A stretch of DNA of 64,000 nucleotides from Patescibacteria group bacterium (GTDB taxonomy: Bacteria; Patescibacteriota; Saccharimonadia; Saccharimonadales; Saccharimonadaceae): contig JAUPWL010000001.1 of NCBI GenBank assembly GCA_030916565.1, positions 5,710-69,709 on the forward strand. Reading direction: 5' to 3'. The notes beneath the pieces were generated by a model that saw only the letters and a list, made by a program, of their open reading frames with translations, had not been told where the DNA came from and did no database searches. This document shows, one piece after another, positions 9,962 to 18,330 of this stretch (its first letter is position 1; each line of letters begins with the position of its first letter). The translations under genes were made by a program, and so were the position numbers.

Positions 9962-11152
9962 ATGAAATTTACAATAGTCGGCGGCGGCTTTGGCGGCGTA
10001 AAAACTGCGCTCGAGCTGTCCAAACATAAGCATAACCACATTACTCTTATTACAGATAAGCCTGATTTTCAGTATTACCCAGCGCTTTATGGTACGGCAA
10101 CCGGCCGAAGCCATTTGCAATCATGGGTCCCGTTAGGGCAGATATTTGCAGGTAAATTCAATATTGATGTTGTCATCGATAAAGTCAAAAAAGTTGACCC
10201 AGCCAAAAAAACAGTGACGGCCGAGAGCGGTAATGTCTATGAATATGACAATCTGATCATGGCACTTGGTAGTGTCACGACGTACTTTGGTATCGAGGGG
10301 CTTGACCACTACGCGTACGGTATCAAATCTGAATCAGAAATTAACAAACTCAAACATCACTTATACCAGGCAATGGCCGAGGACCGTGAAGTAGAAAAAG
10401 AATACGTCATCATTGGTGGTGGTCCAACGGGTGTAGAGCTAGCTGCCTCGCTCGGTGAGTATGTTCGCAAGCTTCGCAAACACCACAAACTGCCACATAA
10501 ACGCGTCGGTATTACACTTATCGAGGCATCGCCACGATTATTACCGCGCATGCATCCTGATACGAGCAAACGTGTGAAGGCACAGCTGCGCAAGATGGGA
10601 GTCGATGTCCTGCTGGAAAAGAAAGTTGAATCAGCTGATGCTGATGGTTTGATGGTGAGTGGTCAACCGCTCAAGAGTCATACGATTATCTGGACGTCTG
10701 GCGTTGCTAACAATCCATTCTTTGCTGAAAATGCTGGACACTTCGAACTCGCTAAAAACGGTAAGGTTGTTGTGAATCAGTACATGCGAACCAAGGATGG
10801 AATTTATGTCATTGGCGACAATGCATTTACACCGTTTAGCGGGTTGGCTCAGACGGCGTTGCATGATGCGATGTTTGTCACGCGCAATATTACACGTCGA
10901 CAGTTTGGTAAAACACTCAAAAAATATCGCGCCGTTATGCCACCTGTTGTTGTACCTATTGGCGATAAGTGGGCAGCATTTGAATGGAAATTTATCCGAC
11001 TATACGGTTGGCCTGCTGTGATGTTGCGCAAGGCTGCTGATGTCGTTGGTTATCACGAGATCCTTCCGCTAGGACAGGCGCTCGGCGTATGGAACGCGCA
11101 AACGATTGTAGAAGAAGATTATTTCACACCAACTCCACCCGCCCAAGACTAA
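9962..11152 (+). CDS. ndh: type II NADH:quinone oxidoreductase (NDH-2)
   Basis: Start chosen at MKFTIVGGGFGGV (first Rossmann GxGxxG). A second dinucleotide motif is IIGGGPTGVE. The track ORF from 9848 overlaps cyoE. Confidence 0.85.
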   Translation: MKFTIVGGGFGGVKTALELSKHKHNHITLITDKPDFQYYPALYGTATGRSHLQSWVPLGQIFAGKFNIDVVIDKVKKVDPAKKTVTAESGNVYEYDNLIMALGSVTTYFGIEGLDHYAYGIKSESEINKLKHHLYQAMAEDREVEKEYVIIGGGPTGVELAASLGEYVRKLRKHHKLPHKRVGITLIEASPRLLPRMHPDTSKRVKAQLRKMGVDVLLEKKVESADADGLMVSGQPLKSHTIIWTSGVANNPFFAENAGHFELAKNGKVVVNQYMRTKDGIYVIGDNAFTPFSGLAQTALHDAMFVTRNITRRQFGKTLKKYRAVMPPVVVPIGDKWAAFEWKFIRLYGWPAVMLRKAADVVGYHEILPLGQALGVWNAQTIVEEDYFTPTPPAQD

Positions 11153-11186
11153 TTATCTGATATAATAGTCTCAATAAACGGAGAGG

Positions 11187-11192
11187 TATAAT
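11187..11192 (+). promoter_or_regulatory. -10 box TATAAT, 6 nt before ATG 11199
   Basis: TATAAT at 11187-11192. An alternative TGaTATAAT at 11158-11166 would give a 25-nt leader containing GGAGAGG. Confidence 0.4.
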
Positions 11193-11198
11193 AGTCAT

Positions 11199-11831
11199 AT
11201 GGCGACAACAAATAGCCAGCGTATTGGAATTTGGATTATCGCGGTTGTATTGGCCGTGGGAACAATTGGATCATTTTTCGTGATCATTCTTGCTAATAAC
11301 AACGCACAAAAAGATAGTGAAGCAAACAAAACGCTACAAGAAAAATACCAAAAATTAGTTGCCGATTATCAGGCGAAAGTTGCAGCACAGAATACTGAGT
11401 TGTCATCAAAGTACTTTGAAACGTTATCACAATATAGCAACAAGGTAGGTAAGTTTAATGCCGATGAAGTGAAGTCTGTCACCTCAGAAGATTTGCAAAT
11501 TGGTGACGGTGAAGAAATCAAGGATGGCACAAAGTACAGTGCGTACTATATCGGATGGAATCCAGAGGGCAAGATATTTGATCAATCAATCCATGGGTCT
11601 GAACTCAAAGCACCTCTACCTGCCGAAGGTCTGATTGAAGGCTGGAGCGAAGGCGTTAAAGGTATGAAGATAGGCGGCGTTCGTCTCATTACGATTACTG
11701 CCGACAAGGCATACGGCGACAAAGGTAGCGGTGATTTAATTCCACCACATACACCTATCAAATTCATTGTTCTTGCAATCTCAACACCGACGCCAGTACC
11801 TACGCCAGACCTATCGTCGATAACAAAATAA
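11199..11831 (+). CDS. membrane-anchored FKBP-type peptidyl-prolyl cis-trans isomerase
   Basis: N-terminal TM segment and a C-terminal FKBP domain (YIGWNPEGKIFDQS, GWSEGVKGMKIGGVR, IPPHTPIKFIV). Confidence 0.85.
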   Translation: MATTNSQRIGIWIIAVVLAVGTIGSFFVIILANNNAQKDSEANKTLQEKYQKLVADYQAKVAAQNTELSSKYFETLSQYSNKVGKFNADEVKSVTSEDLQIGDGEEIKDGTKYSAYYIGWNPEGKIFDQSIHGSELKAPLPAEGLIEGWSEGVKGMKIGGVRLITITADKAYGDKGSGDLIPPHTPIKFIVLAISTPTPVPTPDLSSITK

Positions 11832-11866
11832 TACTATACTTTGTATAGGATTTATAAAGGATAAAA

Positions 11867-12835
11867 ATGACAAATATTATAGATACAGTAATGATTGGTG
11901 CCGGGCCAAGCGCGCTTGCGGCAGCCGTTTATACGACACGTGAAGATATTGATACGGTGCTCTATGAAAAATCTGTTATTGGCGGGTTAGCTGCAATAAC
12001 CGATATGGTAGATAACTACCCAGGATTTCCTGATGGTGTTGAGGGCATGAAACTCGCCGATCAGTTGCAAAAACAAGCTGAACGATTTGGCACAAAGATC
12101 GAATTCGGTGAAGCAAGTAGCCTGTCAATTGATGAAAAGGGCGTAAAGACGATCCTTATCGACGGTGTACCTGTTCAGGCAAAAACTGTGCTGATTGCAA
12201 CAGGTAGTGACTATAACAAACTTGGGATTCCAGGCGAGGCAGAACTTTACGGCCGTGGCGTCCACTACTGCGCAACCTGCGATGGTGCATTCTACCGTGA
12301 TAAACAATTAGTTGTTGTTGGCGGCGGTAACTCTGCCGTACAAGAAGCAATCTTTTTGACACGATTTACGACACATATTGATCTACTGGTGCGCAGTACG
12401 ATTAAGGCCAGCGAAGTATTGCAGCAGGATCTTCAGAAGTATATCGATGAAGGAAAAATTACTGTACATCTTGGTGTGACACCGACGGCAATTATTGCTG
12501 GCGAAGACGGCAAGGTGACTCATGTCGAGGCGAAAAATAGCGACGGCGATGTCAAGTTTGATACTGACGGAGTATTTATCTTTGTTGGTCTAAAGCCAAA
12601 TACAGGATTCTTGAAAGAGAGTGGCATAGAACTAGACGAACAGGGTTTGATTAAAACCAACGATCATCTTGAGACATCAATGCCTGGAGTATTTGCAAGT
12701 GGTGATGTACGTAGCGGTGCAACGATGCAAATCGCCAGTGCTGTTGGTGAAGGTGCTACTGCGGCACTTTCAATTCGCGAATACCTCGACAATGCACACC
12801 ACGTTGAATCTGCGCCGTCTTTCGGAAAATCTTAG
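11867..12835 (+). CDS. trxB: thioredoxin-disulfide reductase
   Basis: Redox CATCDG motif, FAD motif GAGPSALAAA and NADPH motif GGGNSAVQEA. Confidence 0.92.
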   Translation: MTNIIDTVMIGAGPSALAAAVYTTREDIDTVLYEKSVIGGLAAITDMVDNYPGFPDGVEGMKLADQLQKQAERFGTKIEFGEASSLSIDEKGVKTILIDGVPVQAKTVLIATGSDYNKLGIPGEAELYGRGVHYCATCDGAFYRDKQLVVVGGGNSAVQEAIFLTRFTTHIDLLVRSTIKASEVLQQDLQKYIDEGKITVHLGVTPTAIIAGEDGKVTHVEAKNSDGDVKFDTDGVFIFVGLKPNTGFLKESGIELDEQGLIKTNDHLETSMPGVFASGDVRSGATMQIASAVGEGATAALSIREYLDNAHHVESAPSFGKS

Positions 12836-13491
12836 TTACTACCAGCAAGTTTGTTGGGATAGTCTGTAACGACACCATCAATGCCACGTCGCTCGAGGAT
12901 AGCAGCGGCCTTGGGTCTATTGACTGTGTATACGTAACTGAAGATGTCAGATTTTTGAGCGATCTCAACCGCCAGTCGGTTGACGTGCAATCGATGCCAG
13001 CCAACTGCAGTAAGCTGCAGCTTTCGTTGATATGTGACAAACGAAAAGGGATTTACACTATGGAGTAGGGCGAGATTGGTGTTGGGGCTGAGTTTGCGCA
13101 AACGCAGTAGTGGGCGCACGTGGAACGATGAAAACAGGATATTTTGCCAATCGTTTTGCTGCTGGATATAGTGTTCGGCAATTAATTTATACACGACATC
13201 AACGCCGCCAAGTGGCTTGTACTCGAGATTGAGGAGAATTTGACCGAAGAACTGATCCAATACCGACACCAATGTGGTTACTGGTCCGGCTGCTTGCAGA
13301 TCGGCAAATGTTGTTGAGCTGATACGGCGACCATGCAACTGGGCATCGTGTGCAAGGATGGGGATAGTGTCTGCCGTGAGGCGTACGTCAAATTCAAGCA
13401 TATCGGCACCAGCATCCAATCCTGCCTGGAGCGATTCCAGGGTGTTTTCGGCTGCCAGACCGGCTGCTCCGCGGTGTCCAATGATTAACAT
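12832..13491 (-). CDS. glycerophosphodiester phosphodiesterase family protein
   Basis: GDPD motifs (IIGHRGAAG..ENT, LEFDVRLTADTIPILAHD). The start at ATG 13491 is preferred because a TATACT box lies 9 nt upstream. The track ORF extends to 13533. Confidence 0.8.
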   Translation of the reverse strand: MLIIGHRGAAGLAAENTLESLQAGLDAGADMLEFDVRLTADTIPILAHDAQLHGRRISSTTFADLQAAGPVTTLVSVLDQFFGQILLNLEYKPLGGVDVVYKLIAEHYIQQQNDWQNILFSSFHVRPLLRLRKLSPNTNLALLHSVNPFSFVTYQRKLQLTAVGWHRLHVNRLAVEIAQKSDIFSYVYTVNRPKAAAILERRGIDGVVTDYPNKLAGSN

Positions 13492-13500
13492 GTTAGCTAT

Positions 13501-13506
13501 AGTATA
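13501..13506 (-). promoter_or_regulatory. -10 box TATACT (minus strand), 9 nt before ATG 13491
   Basis: The reverse complement of AGTATA at 13501-13506 is TATACT. Confidence 0.4.
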
Positions 13507-13544
13507 CTGGATATATACATCGCACAAAATCAAAGGAGAAATAT

Positions 13545-14072
13545 ATGGCAGATTTTAATCAGATCCTGGGACCAGGCAACGTTGACGACGGTACGCTGAA
13601 TGTTGTTGTTGAGATTCCAGCAGGCAGTAGCCACAAAATTGAATGGAACCGAGAACTCGCAGTAATGCAACTTGACCGTGTCGAACCGGCTATTTTTGCA
13701 AAACCAACCAACTATGGATTTATCCCGCAGACTCTAGACGAAGATGGTGACGAGTTGGATGCACTGATTGTGACTGACGAACCACTCCCGACTGGCGTGT
13801 TCTTGGAAGCAAAAATTGTCGGTGTTATGAAATTCGAAGACGACGGCGAAGTCGATGACAAGATTGTCGTTGTTCCTGCCGATGACCGTAATAGCGGTAA
13901 TCGTATCCAGAGCCTCGATGATATTCCACAGCTCGTTAAGCAACTCGAACACCACTTTAACCACTACAAAGACCTGAAAAAACCTGGGTCTACAATCGTC
14001 AAGGGTTGGGGTGACGTGAACGAAGCAAAAGCTGTCGTCCGCGAATCAATTGAGCGCTGGAACAATAAATAA
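13545..14072 (+). CDS. ppa: inorganic pyrophosphatase (family I)
   Basis: 175 aa with the motifs NYGFIPQTLDEDGDELDAL and KIVVVPADD. SD AAAGGAG is 6 nt upstream. Confidence 0.92.
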   Translation: MADFNQILGPGNVDDGTLNVVVEIPAGSSHKIEWNRELAVMQLDRVEPAIFAKPTNYGFIPQTLDEDGDELDALIVTDEPLPTGVFLEAKIVGVMKFEDDGEVDDKIVVVPADDRNSGNRIQSLDDIPQLVKQLEHHFNHYKDLKKPGSTIVKGWGDVNEAKAVVRESIERWNNK

Positions 14073-14497
14073 TGAAGCTTCGCCGAGCGGCAAAAATCGT
14101 TATCCGGCGCGAGTCTGACAAAAAGTATTTGATTTTGTGGTCGAGCAAGTGGGAAGAACGTCCTGATCGTTCACAGAAACCTGACTTGCCTGGAGGCGTC
14201 GTCGAAGAAACTGAATCGATGATTGATGGTCTGCGACGTGAGGTCCGCGAAGAAGCGGGTATCGATATTGAGCCATCACGGTTACATCTCGCGCATGCGT
14301 TGACGTATGACCATAATGAATGGTCGTCGATTTTCGAGATTTACTTTGCTGAAATTTCCGGTGACGAAGAAATTACACTGAGCTGGGAGCATGAATCATA
14401 TCGATGGCTGACAGCCGAAGAAGTTATGGCGCTAGAAATCAGACAGCCATATCCAGCTATATTTACTCACATGAAAGAAGTCGGCCTGTTGGTTTAG
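14072..14497 (+). CDS. NUDIX hydrolase
   Basis: Nudix box GGVVEETESMIDGLRREVREEAGI. TAATG coupling to ppa. Confidence 0.85.
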   Translation: MKLRRAAKIVIRRESDKKYLILWSSKWEERPDRSQKPDLPGGVVEETESMIDGLRREVREEAGIDIEPSRLHLAHALTYDHNEWSSIFEIYFAEISGDEEITLSWEHESYRWLTAEEVMALEIRQPYPAIFTHMKEVGLLV

Positions 14498-16044
14498 TTC
14501 GGCTGCTTTTTCTTGCTTTTACGGACGGCTTTGTCCCGAATGATAGCAGCGGCGCCACTGACCGCCTGAAGTATGCCGAGCTTGCGCAGTTGCATACGTA
14601 GTTTTGCTCGGGCATGAGATGTTTTGACCAGATCTAGCCAGTCGCTTTTCGGCTGGGACAGTTTGCGTGTAATGACTTCGACGACGTCGCCGTTTTTGAG
14701 CGGTTTATCGAATGCATGTATCTTGCCGTTCACGCGGAAACTATAGGCGTGTTTACCGATTTCGCTATGGACTAGGTACGCAAAATCAAGCGGCAATGCA
14801 CCTTCGGGGAGGTTATAAATATCGCCTTTTGGTGAGTAGACGAATATCCGGTAGCTGAATAGGTCGATGTTTAATTGATCGGCGCTAATTTCTTCGCCTT
14901 CGCGGAGTCGTGACGCAACTTCCTGCATCTGCGTAATCCACTGTAGTTCAGTTGGGAGTGCGGCAGTATGCTTTTTGCGTGTATAACCCTTGGTGTTTTT
15001 CTGTTCATGGTAGTGAAAGCTCGCCGGTAGTCCGCGTTCGGCCCAGTCATGCATTTCCTGGGTTCGGATTTGGAACTCGACGATTTCTTCACTCGGTGTA
15101 ATGACGGTTGTATGGAGACTCTGGTAGCCATTTGGTTTGGGCACGGCGATATAGTCCTTGATGCGCGCTAACATCGGCTGGTACATTGAGTGCAAAATAC
15201 CGAGCACGCGGTAGCAGGTTTCTTTATCAGGGACGATAATACGAAGCGCCATAAGATCGTAGATGTCTTCGATGTTACCGTTGGCTTTTTCGAGTTTGCG
15301 GTGCAAGCTGTAGATACTTTTGACGCGCCCGTTAACTTCGAACTCGATACCTTGTTTTTTTAATTCCTTTTCAACTTCTAGGCGTACAGCACCGAGTTTG
15401 CGAGTGCTTTTGCCGAGGCGTTTTTTGACTAATCCCTGTAGTCGTTTGAATTCAGTCGGTTCGAGATAGCTAAACGCCAGTTCCTCCATCTGCATGCGTA
15501 CGCGACCCATACCCAGGCGGTCGGCCATCGGCGCAAAGACCTCGAGCGATTCACGCGCGATTTTTTGTTGTTTGCCTGCAGGCATTGAACCGAGAGTCTG
15601 CATGTTGTGCAAACGATCAGCGAGTTTGATGATGATAACGCGGACATCCTGGCTGACGGCGATGAGTAGTTTTGATAGGTTATCTTTGGTCTGAGGCAGA
15701 TAGCTATCGAGATCACGCATACCGGCTCGGGCTTGGCTGACCTTGGTGACGCCATCAACGAGGAACGCCACATCACGACCGAACATTGTTTCAATTTCTT
15801 CTAATTTCACATCGGTATCTTCGACCGTGTCGTGGAGTACGCCTGCGATCACGCTGTCGATGTCCATGTCCCATTCGATCAGTGTATAGGCGACGGCGAG
15901 CGGGTGGGTGATGTACGGCTTACCGCTTCTTCTTTTTTGGCCTTCGTGTTTTTTGGTGGCAAAATCAATAGCATGTTCTAGTTCGGCGGCTTGTATGTCG
16001 TCATAAACATCGTTGGCGAGTGCCATCACCTCATGCTTTTCCAT
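14494..16044 (-). CDS. rel: bifunctional (p)ppGpp synthetase/hydrolase, short form ending after the TGS domain
   Basis: HD hydrolase domain (HPLAVA..VLHDTVEDT), synthetase motifs (GYQSLHTTV, EFQIRTQEMH) and a TGS domain. Only 516 aa, with a Lys-rich tail. Confidence 0.9.
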   Translation of the reverse strand: MEKHEVMALANDVYDDIQAAELEHAIDFATKKHEGQKRRSGKPYITHPLAVAYTLIEWDMDIDSVIAGVLHDTVEDTDVKLEEIETMFGRDVAFLVDGVTKVSQARAGMRDLDSYLPQTKDNLSKLLIAVSQDVRVIIIKLADRLHNMQTLGSMPAGKQQKIARESLEVFAPMADRLGMGRVRMQMEELAFSYLEPTEFKRLQGLVKKRLGKSTRKLGAVRLEVEKELKKQGIEFEVNGRVKSIYSLHRKLEKANGNIEDIYDLMALRIIVPDKETCYRVLGILHSMYQPMLARIKDYIAVPKPNGYQSLHTTVITPSEEIVEFQIRTQEMHDWAERGLPASFHYHEQKNTKGYTRKKHTAALPTELQWITQMQEVASRLREGEEISADQLNIDLFSYRIFVYSPKGDIYNLPEGALPLDFAYLVHSEIGKHAYSFRVNGKIHAFDKPLKNGDVVEVITRKLSQPKSDWLDLVKTSHARAKLRMQLRKLGILQAVSGAAAIIRDKAVRKSKKKQPN

Positions 16045-16050
16045 GCCTCG

Positions 16051-16059
16051 ATTATAGCA
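16051..16059 (-). promoter_or_regulatory. extended -10 TGcTATAAT, 6 nt before the rel ATG (leaderless candidate)
   Basis: The reverse complement of 16051-16059 reads TGCTATAAT. The spacer to ATG 16044 is CGAGGC. Confidence 0.55.
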
Positions 16060-16116
16060 GTTATGGCAATAACGCGCTTGTTGAAATGACTCCTAGTGGT
16101 GAAAGTCGTTAAGCAT

Positions 16117-16146
16117 TTGCATTATCACTAGGGACTGCTATACAAT
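16117..16146 (+). promoter_or_regulatory. sigma70-type promoter of gap (TTGCAT-N18-TACAAT), leadered
   Basis: -35 TTGCAT at 16117-16122 and -10 TACAAT at 16141-16146. The leader is about 35 nt with an AAAGGGATGG SD. Confidence 0.5.
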
Positions 16147-16186
16147 CGTAAGTGAATAGAACTAATGCTTAAAAAGGGATGGAACA

Positions 16187-17206
16187 ATGACAGCAGCAAA
16201 ACTGGGTATTAACGGGTTTGGCCGTATCGGACGCAATGCGTTCAAAATTGCATTTGAGCGAAAAGATTTGGAAATTGTCGCAATCAACGACCTAACAGAT
16301 ACCAAAACATTGGCATACTTGCTCAAGCATGACAGCAATTACGGCACATACCAACATGAAGTTGGCTACGATGATACCGGTATTATCGTTGACGGTCAAC
16401 ACATCAAGGTGCTTGCAGAAAAAGACCCGTCTGTGCTGCCATGGGGCGATCTAGGTGTCACACTTGTCATCGAATCAACAGGATTCTTTACCGCTAAAGA
16501 AGACGCTGAAAAACACATCATCGGTGGTGGCGCAAAGCGTGTTATTATCAGCGGCCCATCCAAATCTGACGGTGTCGACACTATCGTATTGGGTGCAAAT
16601 GACGACAAGGTTGATAACTCTACTGATGTCATCAGTAACGCCAGCTGTACAACAAACAGCCTTGGTGCGGTTATGGCCGTCCTTGATGCGGAGTTCGGTG
16701 TCGAGAAATCTCTTCTAACGACAGTTCACAGTTACACTGCGAGCCAAGCAATTCAGGACGCACCAAAGAAAGACCTTCGCGAAGGTCGTAACGGTGCTGA
16801 GAACATTGTCCCAACAACCACTGGTGCTGCAATTGCGGTGACAAAAACCTTGCCACAACTCGAAGGCAAATTTGATGGACTCTCAATTCGTGTTCCAACC
16901 CCAGTTGTTTCCATTAGCGATGTCACTGCGCTGTTAAAGAAAGACGTCACCGTTGATGAGATCAACAATGCATTCAAAAAAGCAGCCAAAGAACCATTTT
17001 ACCAAGGTATTTTGGGCGTCAGCGAAGAACCATTGGTATCTCGTGACTACATCGGTAACAGCCACTCTGGTACTGTTGACCTCTTGCTGACCAAGGTTGT
17101 TGGTGGCAACTTGATCAAGATCTGTGTCTGGTACGACAACGAATGGGGTTATAGCAATCGACTTGTCGAACTGGTTGCTGATATTGGTAAGACACTACAC
17201 AAATAA
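16187..17206 (+). CDS. gap: glyceraldehyde-3-phosphate dehydrogenase
   Basis: INGFGRIGR motif and active-site SNASCTTNS. Confidence 0.95.
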   Translation: MTAAKLGINGFGRIGRNAFKIAFERKDLEIVAINDLTDTKTLAYLLKHDSNYGTYQHEVGYDDTGIIVDGQHIKVLAEKDPSVLPWGDLGVTLVIESTGFFTAKEDAEKHIIGGGAKRVIISGPSKSDGVDTIVLGANDDKVDNSTDVISNASCTTNSLGAVMAVLDAEFGVEKSLLTTVHSYTASQAIQDAPKKDLREGRNGAENIVPTTTGAAIAVTKTLPQLEGKFDGLSIRVPTPVVSISDVTALLKKDVTVDEINNAFKKAAKEPFYQGILGVSEEPLVSRDYIGNSHSGTVDLLLTKVVGGNLIKICVWYDNEWGYSNRLVELVADIGKTLHK

Positions 17207-17217
17207 ATTAAATTGCT

Positions 17218-17223
17218 TATACT
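17218..17223 (+). promoter_or_regulatory. -10 box TATACT, 6 nt before the rpiB ATG
   Basis: TATACT at 17218-17223, ATG at 17230, no SD. Confidence 0.4.
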
Positions 17224-17229
17224 TACATT

Positions 17230-17685
17230 ATGAAGATCTATTTGGGCTCTGATCACAATGGCTTTCACCTAAAAGAAAAGGTGTTTGCTTATCTGGCAAA
17301 ACGCGATATTCCTGTTGAAGACGTCGGTGATACAGAGCCAGATCCTGAAGATGACTTTCCGCAGTTCGCACAGCTGGCCGCTCTCAAAGTTATCGGTGAT
17401 GAGGATCAAGATCCACGCGCGATTCTGATTTGTGGTGGTGGCCAGGGCATGGCAATGGCCGCCAACAGGTTTCGTGGTATCCGCGCCAGTGTTATCTGGG
17501 ATAGCGAAGAGGCGCGAATGACGCGTAATGATAACGACAGTAATGTTCTATGCCTACCGTCTCGTGTGCTTGAAAAAGAAAGTGACCAGATCTGGCAAGA
17601 TATTGTCGATACGTGGTTGCATACACCATTTGCATCAGCGGCGCGTTATAAACGCCGTAACGCAGAATTGGATGAGCTGGCATAA
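17230..17685 (+). CDS. rpiB: ribose-5-phosphate isomerase B (LacAB/RpiB family)
   Basis: Motifs GSDHNGFHLK and ILICGGGQGMAMAANR. Confidence 0.85.
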   Translation: MKIYLGSDHNGFHLKEKVFAYLAKRDIPVEDVGDTEPDPEDDFPQFAQLAALKVIGDEDQDPRAILICGGGQGMAMAANRFRGIRASVIWDSEEARMTRNDNDSNVLCLPSRVLEKESDQIWQDIVDTWLHTPFASAARYKRRNAELDELA

Positions 17686-18329
17686 TGAGTGTCGTTGTCC
17701 CAACCGTTCTTGCAGCAACTCCAGAGGATTACAAGTTAAGTCTCGAAAGAGTCCATACCTTTATTAACAGGGTCCATGTTGATTTTAGTGACGGCACATT
17801 GGCACCGACTCCAACGATTGGTTCGAACCAAATTTGGTGGCCAAAAGAATGGCAAATTGATATACATGCCATGGTGGCCGATCCTGCAATGCACGTCGAT
17901 ACATTGATTGCGCTACAGCCAACGCTGATTATCTTTCACGCAGAGGTAAAGATGGATTTGATCCCCGTACTGCAAAAGGTTAAAGCCAGTGGTATCAAGG
18001 CTGGTGTTGCTGTACAACGACCAACCGTGCCATCGGATATTTCGGCAGTTCTGAGTGCGGCTGATCATGTGACGGTATTTAGCGGCAACTTGGGTGAATA
18101 CGGCGGAACGGCGAGTCTGATGCAACTCGAAAAGGTACGATTGATCAAGAATATCAATGCGGGTATCGAAATCGGTTGGGACGGTGGCATTACTGTCGAA
18201 AACGCGTTTAGTTTGGCACAGGGTGGCGTTGATGTCATGTATGTCGGTAGTGCTATCCAAAAGGCAGCGGATCCGAAAGCTGCGTATGACAGTTTGGTGA
18301 AGGAAGTAAATAAACAAGGAGTTATGTAG
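17685..18329 (+). CDS. rpe: divergent ribulose-phosphate 3-epimerase family protein
   Basis: Aligns to RPE metal-ligand positions (HVDFSDG, DIHAMV, GWDGGI). TAATG coupling to rpiB. Confidence 0.65.
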   Translation: MSVVVPTVLAATPEDYKLSLERVHTFINRVHVDFSDGTLAPTPTIGSNQIWWPKEWQIDIHAMVADPAMHVDTLIALQPTLIIFHAEVKMDLIPVLQKVKASGIKAGVAVQRPTVPSDISAVLSAADHVTVFSGNLGEYGGTASLMQLEKVRLIKNINAGIEIGWDGGITVENAFSLAQGGVDVMYVGSAIQKAADPKAAYDSLVKEVNKQGVM

Positions 18330-18330
18330 G

